The notes under the pieces were generated by a model that saw only the letters and a list, made by a program, of their open reading frames with translations, made no database searches and had not been told where the DNA came from. Shown here one piece after another: positions 7,310-15,497 of a DNA stretch of 32,000 bases. Source of the stretch: Trichlorobacter lovleyi SZ (GTDB taxonomy: Bacteria; Desulfobacterota; Desulfuromonadia; Geobacterales; Pseudopelobacteraceae); the NCBI RefSeq assembly GCF_000020385.1, contig NC_010814.1, forward strand, positions 600,001 through 632,000, in the 5' to 3' direction. A program made the translations under genes and the position numbers. Each line of letters starts with the position of its first letter. Positions within the stretch are counted from its first letter, which is position 1.

Positions 7310-9514
7310 TTACCGCTTTGCCAGCCAGATTTCAACCCGGTTGTTGCGCTGCCTGCCCTCTTTGGTACTGTTGTCGGCCACCGGCAGGCTTGAGCCGAAC
7401 CCTTCAGCCGCTGCCACCATGATGCCGCGAGAACGCAGTTCCTGGGCCACCTGACCAACCCGCTGGTGGGAAAGTGCCAGGCTGCTGTGGGGATCGCTGC
7501 TGGCATCGGTGAAGCTGAACAGCAGCAACTGGCGTCCCTGCAGCTCTTTGGTTGAGAGCGCCCGCACCAGCCGGTCCAGGTCGCGATAGGCCTTGTTGTC
7601 AAGCTGGCCGTCGGCGGTGAATTTGACGTTGAGCGAGAGGCGTTCCGCACTGCTTGCCAGCATGCGGTAACGCTCAGGGGCATTGGCAGGGATGGAGGAG
7701 TTGCCCATCCGCACTGAAAGCGGCACAAAGCCGTTTTTTTCCACGATGGCCTGTCCTTCAGGGGAGAGGGCAAATTCGACAAAATCCCTGATCTTCTGGT
7801 TTTTGGGCTGTCCCGGTGTGTAGAGGTAGAGACGGCGGGCCAGACCGTAGTCTTCGGTGGCAACGGTAAAGGGGGTCGGCAGGATCGGCTGGGCACCACC
7901 GCTGATGGCCACCGCCTTGGAGGATTTGACGTAGGGCAGGCCGATGAAGCCGATGCCGTTGGGGTCGCTGGAGACATCCCGTGAGAGCTTGACGCTGTCC
8001 TCGAAGCGCTTGGCCTCTTTGACCAGTTTTTCCTTGTGCAGCACCAGGCTCTTGAAGGTGTCGAAGGTGCCTGATTTGTCATCACGGGCATAGACATGCA
8101 CCGGCGCAGCCTTGGCAGCGCTGTTCAGCTGCTTCCATTCAGGGATCTTGCCGGTGAAGAGCCCCTGGGTATCGGCCATGGTCAGGGTTGCAACCGGGTT
8201 GGTGCTGTTGACGATGACCGCCACTCCGTCCAGGGCCAGGACATGCTCGTTGGCGCGGGAGGTCATGTTCCCCAGCAGCGACAGCCGCTTGACCTCGTCA
8301 TCCTTGATCCTGCGGGATGACATGCCGATGTCGCAGGCGTTGGCCTGCAACCCTTCAAAGGCGGTGGTGGAGCCGTGGGCCTTGATCTCCACCGCCCGGT
8401 TACGGCGTCCCTCCATGATTCCTTCCACCAGCTGTTCTTCGTGGTTTTTGCCCGGTACCCGCCGGATACGGACCGCCCCCTGCTTTTTGAGAAACTCCTC
8501 GGCCAGCGCGGGGGCCAGTTCTGCGCCGATGGTGTTGGAACCCTGCAGCTTCAGGATGATGTCGTAGGAGTTGATCCAGTGGTAGTAGTAGCCGCCGCCG
8601 GTTGCCAGCAGCAGGGCGCTCACCAGCGATGACATCACCAGGCCGCGGCGGCGCCTGAGCCAGGAGTCGGCAATCCCTTCGGCCGGTGCCTTGGGCAGCA
8701 GGGCGACCCGGTGCGCCTCAAGGGCGGCCAGGAACTCGACGCAGCTCTGGTAGCGGTTGGCCGGGTCCTTTTCCAGGGCCTTGTGGACGATGGCTGCCAG
8801 CTCTTCATGGGTATCCGGCGCAAAGCTCCTGATATCCGGGATGGTGCTGTCAAACTGGTTCATCAGGGTATCGACCGCGGATTCTTCGCTGAACGGCAGC
8901 CTGCCGGCCAGCATGTTGTACAGGATCAGCCCCACGGCGTAGATGTCGCTCTGGGGGGTCACGGTAAAGGGGTTCAGGATCTGCTCCGGGCTCATGAAGG
9001 CGGCCTCGCCTCCCTGACCAACCTCCTGCAGGTCTTCGCCGTACTTCAGCAGCGCCACCCCGAAGTCGGAGATCTTCAGCCCGCCGTTGCGGTCCAGCAG
9101 GATGATCGCGGTGGTCAGGCCACGGTGGATCACCCCTTTGTCATGGGCGAAGCGCAGCCCCTGCAGCAGCCGTACCGCATAGTGCAGGGCAATCTGTTGC
9201 GGAAAGGGACCATTATGTTCGATCATCCGGTCCAGGGCAGCGCCGTTATAGTATTCCATCACCAGCCAGAACCCGCTGTTGTGCTCAAAGAAGTCGGTGG
9301 CCTGCAGGATGTTGGGATGCACCATCCCGGCCAGCAGCTTGGCCTCGTTATAGAACCGCTCCCGGTATGATTCGGTGCCCGGCAGCTTCGGGGTCAGGGA
9401 TTTCAGCAGGAAACGCTTGCCCAGCAGGATATGTTCGGCCATCAGCAACGCCCCTTTGCCGTAGGGGGCCGCCCCTTCGATGCGATAGTGATACAGCATG
9501 GTTCCCTTTTCCAT
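7310..9514 (-). CDS. Hanks-type Ser/Thr kinase-like (predicted pseudokinase) - TM - PstS-like periplasmic binding domain - OmpA-like domain
   Basis: 734 aa.
- Kinase fold, aa ~6-265: FLLK, NEAKLL, DFG and SPE are present, but the catalytic loop reads HRGLTTAI instead of HRDLKPxN.
- TM segment, aa ~291-314.
- PBP_like_2/PstS-type domain, aa ~320-600: GSNT, GSTTA and R-x3-SGT (ARDDKSGTF).
- OmpA-C-like end: GFGSSLPVADNSTKEGRQRNNRVEIWL. Confidence 0.85.
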   Translation of the reverse strand: MEKGTMLYHYRIEGAAPYGKGALLMAEHILLGKRFLLKSLTPKLPGTESYRERFYNEAKLLAGMVHPNILQATDFFEHNSGFWLVMEYYNGAALDRMIEHNGPFPQQIALHYAVRLLQGLRFAHDKGVIHRGLTTAIILLDRNGGLKISDFGVALLKYGEDLQEVGQGGEAAFMSPEQILNPFTVTPQSDIYAVGLILYNMLAGRLPFSEESAVDTLMNQFDSTIPDIRSFAPDTHEELAAIVHKALEKDPANRYQSCVEFLAALEAHRVALLPKAPAEGIADSWLRRRRGLVMSSLVSALLLATGGGYYYHWINSYDIILKLQGSNTIGAELAPALAEEFLKKQGAVRIRRVPGKNHEEQLVEGIMEGRRNRAVEIKAHGSTTAFEGLQANACDIGMSSRRIKDDEVKRLSLLGNMTSRANEHVLALDGVAVIVNSTNPVATLTMADTQGLFTGKIPEWKQLNSAAKAAPVHVYARDDKSGTFDTFKSLVLHKEKLVKEAKRFEDSVKLSRDVSSDPNGIGFIGLPYVKSSKAVAISGGAQPILPTPFTVATEDYGLARRLYLYTPGQPKNQKIRDFVEFALSPEGQAIVEKNGFVPLSVRMGNSSIPANAPERYRMLASSAERLSLNVKFTADGQLDNKAYRDLDRLVRALSTKELQGRQLLLFSFTDASSDPHSSLALSHQRVGQVAQELRSRGIMVAAAEGFGSSLPVADNSTKEGRQRNNRVEIWLAKR

Positions 9515-9543
9515 TACTCAGAACTCCTTGCTCTTGTAGTTGG

Positions 9544-12500
9544 TTATGCTTCTGCCGGCAGGGTGCCAAGCACCACTCGGGGCGCCTCGTAACTGTCTTT
9601 AACCGCCACCGACGAGCCCCTGACCTTCTTGGCGGTCTTTTTGACCTCGCTGGCCATGGAGGCCAGCTGGGCATAGGAGCTGATCTGCAGCTGCCCGGTG
9701 CTGATCACCGCCACTGAAAGCGACAGCAGGCTGAAGGTCTCCAGCTCACCCTTGCGGTTGAAGGAGGTGTAACAGCCCTTGGCGTAGTCGCTGGAACCGT
9801 GCAGCAGCGGCAGCCGTGCGTCAAATTCGGCGATCACCTGGCGGGATAGGGCGGCGGCGTAGCCGGGGCCGGTGATGATGATGAAGTCGTCACCGCCGAT
9901 ATGTCCGCAGAAGTTCCTGGCCTGCTTGCCCTGCAGCAGCTCATCGGCGTGAAATTTCAGGATATCCCCCACCACCTGGATCACCATGTCGCCCCGCTCA
10001 AAGCCGTAGAAGTCGTTGTATGGCTTGAAGTGGTCAATATCGATGTAGGCGATGTCGAACGGCATGCCGGACTCCAGCCGCCGGGTGGTCTCACGCTGGA
10101 TACTCTCGTTGCCCGGCAGGCCGGTCAGCGGGTTGGCCCCCTTGGCCAGCTTCAGGTTCAGGGCGGTGATCGCCTCCACCAGGGTGCGGACATCCAGAAT
10201 GCCCCGGTAGACGCCGCGCCTGGCAACGCAGATGTTCTCCAGCCGCATGGTGCCAAAGTTGCCGTGCAGCGCCTGGGCCGCCTCTTCAATACTGGCGTCA
10301 GACTCAATCACCAGCGGCACCGGCTGCATCAGGTCGCGTACCTTTTTGGAGTGGTTGATATGAAATGCGTAGCCGATCCGCCCCACAATCTGCTCTTCGA
10401 TGAACTCGGAGCGGTTCAGTACTCCCGCTACCCGGTGCTGATCCACCACCGGCAGTACCTGCAGCCGTTTGTCGGTCTGAAATCGCTCCAGGGCGGTGTT
10501 CAGACGGTCAGCCGGTCTGAGCGGCTCGATATGCAGGGTTATGTCGGCAACGGTCTGCAGCGAGCGATCATCCTCTTCCTGGGGTACTGGCATGGCTGCC
10601 GGAGGGGTGAGTTCCTGCCCGATCTGTTCAGGCTGCGGGTCAGACGGCTCACCGGCAAGCAGTTGCGCGCCATTCAGCAAAAAGAGTTCAAATGCCTCAC
10701 GCTGCATCGGTTTGCCAAAGTAGTAGCCCTGCATGGTGTCGCAGCCAAGTTCCTGCAACAGTTGGTGCTGGCTGGGGGTCTCCACCCCTTCTGCCGTTAC
10801 CTTGAGGTGCAGTGAGCGGGCCATGGCAATGATGGCAACCACAATCGCCCGGTCATCGGGGTTGCTGTCCAGCTCGTTCACAAAGGAACGGTCAATCTTG
10901 ATCCGATCCACCGGCAGGTGTTTCAGATAGGTCAGGGACGAATAGCCGGTGCCAAAGTCGTCAATGGCCAGTTTAACCCCCAGCTCCTTCAGCCTGAAGA
11001 TCTGCTCGGTGTTTTCATTGGAATGTTCCATCAAGAGCGATTCGGTCAGCTCACAGCAGAGTGCATCAGGTGGCAACCCCACCATCTGCAGTTGACGGGC
11101 GACCCGCTCTGCAAACTGGCGGTCCTTTAGCTGGCGGGTCGAGACATTGACGGCAACAGTCAGGTGGGGATAGCCCTGTTCCCGCCACTGTTTACAGTTC
11201 TGCAGGGCCAGTTCCAGCATCCGGTCTCCCAGCTGCACAATGGCGCCGTTGGCCTCAGCCACCGGAATAAACTTGTCCGGCCCCACCAGCCCCAGGGTGG
11301 GGTGCTGCCAACGGGCCAGTGCTTCCATCCCGACCAGTTTTTTGCCGTCCTGGCTGAACAACGGCTGATAGCAGGCAAAGAACTCCCCGGCCCGTAAACC
11401 CCGCAGGATGCTTGATTCAATCTGCATCTGTTCCCTGACCGCCTGGTTCATCTCTTCTGCATAGAACTTGAAGCCGCTTTCACCGGCAATCGACTTGGAC
11501 TGCGCCTGGAGCTGCGCCAGGTGGGCATGCTGCAGCAGCACCTCGCCGCTGCGTCCGTCACCGGGAAAGATGGCAATGCCGATATGGGCGTTCAGCTGAA
11601 ATTCGGCGTCATGCAGGCTGAACGGCTCATTGATGGCATCAAGCAGTTTGGTGATGACCGGCAGAATATCCCGTTCGCTGCCGCTCTTGGGCAGCAGGAT
11701 GCCGAATTCACCCTTCTGCAGCACCGCGAGGGTGTCGGTCTCGCGCAGGACATCCTGCAGCCGGTCGGCCACGCTGCGCAGCAGCTCGTCACAGTCGTCG
11801 CCACCCCGTGCGCTGATCGCACCGGGGCAGCGCCCCAGCACCAGCTTCAGCACCGACAGGGCCTGCTCTTCGCGGCTGCTGATGGCCAGCAGCTGGGCCA
11901 GACGGTCGCTGAGCAGCTTGTGGTTGGGCAGGCCGGTGATGGCGTCATAGCGGGTCAGCTCTTCCACCTTGCGGGCGGCCTGCTTCAGCAGGGTGATATC
12001 CTCCAGAAAGATGATGGTGCAGGAGTCTCCTTCAAACAGGATCCGGTGGGCAGAAATCGACCCGGTCAGCAGGGAGCCGTCCTGACGCCGCAGGGTGACC
12101 TCCAGTCCCTGAACCGCGCCGTTGCTGCGGATCTGACGGATCAGGTCCAGCCGTTCCGAACTGTGTTCCCAGAGCTTCAGGTCGCTGTCACTGTGTCCCA
12201 CAATGCTGGCAACCGCGTAGCCGGTCATAGCGGCAAAGCGCTGGTTGACCGACAGGATCCGGCGGTCCTGGTCCCGTACCACTGCAATACCGTTGGGAGA
12301 GGCATGAAAGGCCCTGATGATCAGCTCATGGGAGGATGAATCGTTTCGGGTAAAGCGCCGGATCAGCAGGTAGAGCATGGCCGCCGTGATCAGCAGCAGC
12401 CCGGCCCCTGCGGCAATATGTGTCAGGTATGACAGCCCTTCCGGCAGATTGAGTTGCCGTTCAAGCAGCCCGGCCGAGATGGTCCAGATGCCGCCGAACA

Positions 12501-12654
12501 GCAGGAAGGTGAGGGTGATGCTGCGGGCGGTCAGGGGCAAAACCCGGCCGAACAGCAGCAGCTTTGCCTGGCGGCCCGGTATGTTGGCCGGTTTGATAGC
12601 GTCATCCGGCAGCCACTGTCTTCCTGCTATCGGGTGCTGCGTAACGGTATGCAT
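9544..12654 (-). CDS. Membrane-anchored PAS - degenerate GGDEF - EAL - CBS pair - GGDEF(GGDDF) c-di-GMP signalling protein
   Basis: 1036 aa with two N-terminal TM segments and a PAS domain (aa ~110-225).
- GGDEF-like domain 1 has QKGEF at aa 313-317 and lacks the DxDxFK block.
- The EAL domain carries all signatures: EAL 444-446, NVS, ELTES, DDFGTGYSSL, KIDRSF, AEGVET, QGYYFGKP.
- CBS pair, aa ~700-830.
- The C-terminal GGDEF has IDIDHFKPYNDFYGFERGD and GGDDF at aa 920-924. Confidence 0.9.
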   Translation of the reverse strand: MHTVTQHPIAGRQWLPDDAIKPANIPGRQAKLLLFGRVLPLTARSITLTFLLFGGIWTISAGLLERQLNLPEGLSYLTHIAAGAGLLLITAAMLYLLIRRFTRNDSSSHELIIRAFHASPNGIAVVRDQDRRILSVNQRFAAMTGYAVASIVGHSDSDLKLWEHSSERLDLIRQIRSNGAVQGLEVTLRRQDGSLLTGSISAHRILFEGDSCTIIFLEDITLLKQAARKVEELTRYDAITGLPNHKLLSDRLAQLLAISSREEQALSVLKLVLGRCPGAISARGGDDCDELLRSVADRLQDVLRETDTLAVLQKGEFGILLPKSGSERDILPVITKLLDAINEPFSLHDAEFQLNAHIGIAIFPGDGRSGEVLLQHAHLAQLQAQSKSIAGESGFKFYAEEMNQAVREQMQIESSILRGLRAGEFFACYQPLFSQDGKKLVGMEALARWQHPTLGLVGPDKFIPVAEANGAIVQLGDRMLELALQNCKQWREQGYPHLTVAVNVSTRQLKDRQFAERVARQLQMVGLPPDALCCELTESLLMEHSNENTEQIFRLKELGVKLAIDDFGTGYSSLTYLKHLPVDRIKIDRSFVNELDSNPDDRAIVVAIIAMARSLHLKVTAEGVETPSQHQLLQELGCDTMQGYYFGKPMQREAFELFLLNGAQLLAGEPSDPQPEQIGQELTPPAAMPVPQEEDDRSLQTVADITLHIEPLRPADRLNTALERFQTDKRLQVLPVVDQHRVAGVLNRSEFIEEQIVGRIGYAFHINHSKKVRDLMQPVPLVIESDASIEEAAQALHGNFGTMRLENICVARRGVYRGILDVRTLVEAITALNLKLAKGANPLTGLPGNESIQRETTRRLESGMPFDIAYIDIDHFKPYNDFYGFERGDMVIQVVGDILKFHADELLQGKQARNFCGHIGGDDFIIITGPGYAAALSRQVIAEFDARLPLLHGSSDYAKGCYTSFNRKGELETFSLLSLSVAVISTGQLQISSYAQLASMASEVKKTAKKVRGSSVAVKDSYEAPRVVLGTLPAEA

Positions 12655-12709
12655 GGTTGGTTCCTCTATCAGGCTGCTGGAAAACTACTGCGGAGCCCGT
12701 CAGCCGCTG

Positions 12710-14953
12710 TTACGCTGCTGCGGCAGTTCTGATCGGGATACTGTGCAGCGCATCAAAGACCGGGCTGCGGTACTGTTCCGGCGCTGTTGGTGCCGCTGCG
12801 GCAGGCAGCGGGTCGTCATACCGGAACTGGTTCAGCTCGGCCTGCAGTTCCTGCGAGATGGCAGCCAGGTGGATCGATTCATCCGAGATTGCCGCGGCAG
12901 CCTGCAGGGTTTCCCGCAGGGTGGTGTCAATGGCCAGGATGTCGTTGCTGATCTGGCTGGAGGTGGCCGACAGCTCCTCAGTGGCGGTGGCGATCTGCTG
13001 GGTCATCCCCTGCAGTCCGTCAACACTTTCAACAATGCTGGCCAGGGCGCAACCGGCCTCTTCAGAAAACTCTACCCCCCGGGTGACCCGTGTCAGGCTC
13101 TGCTGCATCGCTTCCACGGCCTTGCCGGTGTCCCCCTGGATCGCCGACAGCTTCCCGGCAATCTCGACCGTGGCCTGCTCGGCACGGCGGGAGAGGTTGC
13201 GGACCTCGTTGGCCACCACGGCAAAGCCAAGGCCGTGTTCTCCGGCCCGGGCCGCTTCAATGGCGGCGTTCAGCGCCAGCAGGCCGGTCTGGTCCGTGAT
13301 ATCCCTGATGGTCTCAAGTATCTCGCCGATCTGTTGTGAACGCTCGTGCAGGCTGGCTATGGTGGTTTGGGATTCCCCGACCGATTCGGCAATCGCCTGA
13401 ACCTCGGCAATGGTACGGTTCACCACTGCGGCACCGTTTTGGGCGGTCTGCCGGGCCATGCCGGCGGAACCGGCGATCCTGGCCGTGTGCTGTGCCACAT
13501 CGGCCACGGTCTGGGACAGCTGACTGCCTGCCGTGGCAACCTGGCTGACCCGTTCGCTCTGTTCCTGAACCTGGCAGGTGATCAGGTTGACGGTGCCGGA
13601 AAGCTCCTGCGAGGTGCCGGCCAGGGTGCCGGCGGTTCCGGCGATCGCCCCGACAATCCGCCTGAAGGAGCTGATCAGGCTGTTAAAGGCGTTGATGGAC
13701 TGGCCGATCTCATCGTTGTTCAGGACCGTCACGCTGCGACGCAGGTCACGGCTCTCGGCGATCTCGCCGATGGTGCTCTGCAGCTGGCCGAGCGGCTTGC
13801 GGATGATCATGGCCACCAGCCAGTTCAGGGCCAGCACCAGGATGCCGATCAGCAGTGCGCCCCCCAGCATGATCGCAGTCCGCCGGTGCGACGTGGCATC
13901 CATCGCCTCGACAAAGTTCTGCTGTTCGCTGGTGGTGGCAGTAACCTGTGCCTCGCTCTGGCGGGCCTGTTCAAGGGTAACCTGCCTGATCTGCGCCACG
14001 GTCGCCTCCACCTGTCCCATGCTGGCCAGCACATTGCGCTGGGCTGCGGCGATCCGCCTGATCGCCGCGCCTGCCCGGCCGGCACCGCTGCCGATCTGTT
14101 CAATGGCATCCCTGACCACGCCACCGCTTTTGACCGACATGACTTCAGCTTCAGCCTGCTTCAGGCTCTTGCCGATTCTGGCCTGTACGGTGCCGATCTC
14201 TCCGGCCAGCCTGTCCAGCTCTGCTGCCGAGCTGCTCAGCATGATCATGCGGGCCTTGGCGTCCAGCAGGCGCAGGTCGATATGGATGCTGTCCACCGCC
14301 TCAACCGCTGCCATGACCCGTTTGTTGATCTCCATGTCGTTTTCAACACCGTTGCGGTAGTTCTGCACCTTTTCCGCCAGGCTGGCATTTTCGGCCAGCC
14401 CGGTGACCGAACCGCCCTTCAGCGCCTGTTCAATATCCCTTGAAGAGGATTGGGCCCGCCGCGCAGCCGTGCTGCGTAGTCCGGAGATGACATCGCGAAT
14501 CCCCTCCAGTGACTTTTCCGCCGCTCTGATGGAACCGCTCAGATTGGTTGCCTCGGCCTTGAAGATCTCCAGGCTGGTGAACTTGTCCTGCAATGCCGCC
14601 GCCACCTGCTGCTCAAGGGTTGCAAAGGCGGAGACATCCAGCTGCACCCCTTTCAGCTCCTGGATCTCCTTGCTCAGTTGATCAAGCCTTTTGCGGCGTT
14701 CCTCCATTACAGCGGTCTGCTTCTGTAATTCCCGTGGGTCTTCCAGCATGCCGGTTTGCAGCAGGTCACCGGAGAGCCGCTCCACGGTCTGCTGAAACTG
14801 CAGCATCTTGACCTGCAGCGGGGTGGAGCGGGTGGTCAGCTCCCGGATAGTGCCCTGGAATCCTGCGATGGTGTAGTAGCCCAGCAGCACGACAGCAGCA
14901 AAGCCGACAAAGGTTATCAGGCTGTTGATCAATAGTTTCCGGCGGATGGTCAT
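12710..14953 (-). CDS. Methyl-accepting chemotaxis protein with a large helical periplasmic sensor region and HAMP
   Basis: 747 aa. TM1 is aa ~7-30, followed by a ~340-aa helical ectodomain and TM2 at ~365-390. A HAMP domain follows, then the conserved hairpin LALNAAIEAARAGEHGLGFAVVANEVRNLSRRAEQAT. Confidence 0.92.
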   Translation of the reverse strand: MTIRRKLLINSLITFVGFAAVVLLGYYTIAGFQGTIRELTTRSTPLQVKMLQFQQTVERLSGDLLQTGMLEDPRELQKQTAVMEERRKRLDQLSKEIQELKGVQLDVSAFATLEQQVAAALQDKFTSLEIFKAEATNLSGSIRAAEKSLEGIRDVISGLRSTAARRAQSSSRDIEQALKGGSVTGLAENASLAEKVQNYRNGVENDMEINKRVMAAVEAVDSIHIDLRLLDAKARMIMLSSSAAELDRLAGEIGTVQARIGKSLKQAEAEVMSVKSGGVVRDAIEQIGSGAGRAGAAIRRIAAAQRNVLASMGQVEATVAQIRQVTLEQARQSEAQVTATTSEQQNFVEAMDATSHRRTAIMLGGALLIGILVLALNWLVAMIIRKPLGQLQSTIGEIAESRDLRRSVTVLNNDEIGQSINAFNSLISSFRRIVGAIAGTAGTLAGTSQELSGTVNLITCQVQEQSERVSQVATAGSQLSQTVADVAQHTARIAGSAGMARQTAQNGAAVVNRTIAEVQAIAESVGESQTTIASLHERSQQIGEILETIRDITDQTGLLALNAAIEAARAGEHGLGFAVVANEVRNLSRRAEQATVEIAGKLSAIQGDTGKAVEAMQQSLTRVTRGVEFSEEAGCALASIVESVDGLQGMTQQIATATEELSATSSQISNDILAIDTTLRETLQAAAAISDESIHLAAISQELQAELNQFRYDDPLPAAAAPTAPEQYRSPVFDALHSIPIRTAAAA

Positions 14954-14982
14954 GGCACGTCTTCCTCTCTGTCTATGGCGAA

Positions 14983-15016
14983 ACAGAACAGTAACAGGCG
15001 ACTGTTACCGTTCTGT
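14983..15016. repeat. 15-bp-arm inverted repeat in the MCP / zinc-ribbon divergent region
   Basis: ACAGAACAGTAACAG - GCGA - CTGTTACCGTTCTGT, with 14 of 15 positions complementary. It lies 30-63 nt upstream of the MCP start codon. Confidence 0.85.
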
Positions 15017-15181
15017 GACGGCCGGGAAAAATGTCTGTGGCGACCCGGATAAGCTGTGTTCGGGGCCTCCGGTAGTTTGTTGCAGACTCTTTGGAAACCC
15101 GACACCCAGTTGTCATTTTTTGGCGCTATGGTCTGGCAAACGATAAGTACATGCCAATCAAGAGGCAGGAGGACGACTGCT

Positions 15182-15373
15182 ATGAGAACACGAACCCACG
15201 ACGACTACTATGCCTGGACCTGTGACTGGTGCGACAGCGAGAACCGGACCCTCTGGGTGCGGGTGGCTCACGGTGATGTGGCCTGCGGAGCCTGCCACCG
15301 CACCACCAGCTTTCCGACCTCAAGTGTTGCCCTGACTGCCGGGCAGCAGCCGATGCTGAGCGGCCAGTGTTAG
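15182..15373 (+). CDS. Small zinc-ribbon protein (CxxC...CxxC)
   Basis: 63 aa, MRTRTHDDYYAWTCDWCDSENRTLWVRVAHGDVACGACHRTT... AGGAGG lies 9 nt upstream of ATG 15182. Confidence 0.55.
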   Translation: MRTRTHDDYYAWTCDWCDSENRTLWVRVAHGDVACGACHRTTSFPTSSVALTAGQQPMLSGQC

Positions 15374-15384
15374 AGAGGTGGACC

Positions 15385-15480
15385 ATGTTTCTGTTACGGA
15401 TTTTGAGCATGAAGCGGGAGTTTGACCTGATTGACCAGCAACTTGAACGTTTACGCCGTTTGGCGGGCCGTAAGGCCTGA
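15385..15480 (+). CDS. 31-codon ORF (MFLLRILSMKREFDLIDQQLERLRRLAGRKA), possible micro-protein
   Basis: Not in the supplied track because it is under 60 aa. ATG 15385 is preceded by GAGAGGTG. The ORF fills the gap between the zinc-ribbon ORF and the hydrolase gene. Its basic amphipathic helix is the only feature. Confidence 0.3.
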   Translation: MFLLRILSMKREFDLIDQQLERLRRLAGRKA

Positions 15481-15497
15481 GATCGGGGAGATCATCC

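Noticed and set aside
15101-15118. A sigma54-like string, TGGCGCTATGGTCTGGCA, upstream of the zinc-ribbon ORF.
   Set aside because: The GG-to-GC spacing is off by one and the -12 element is not TTGC, so it does not fit TGGCAC-N5-TTGC.
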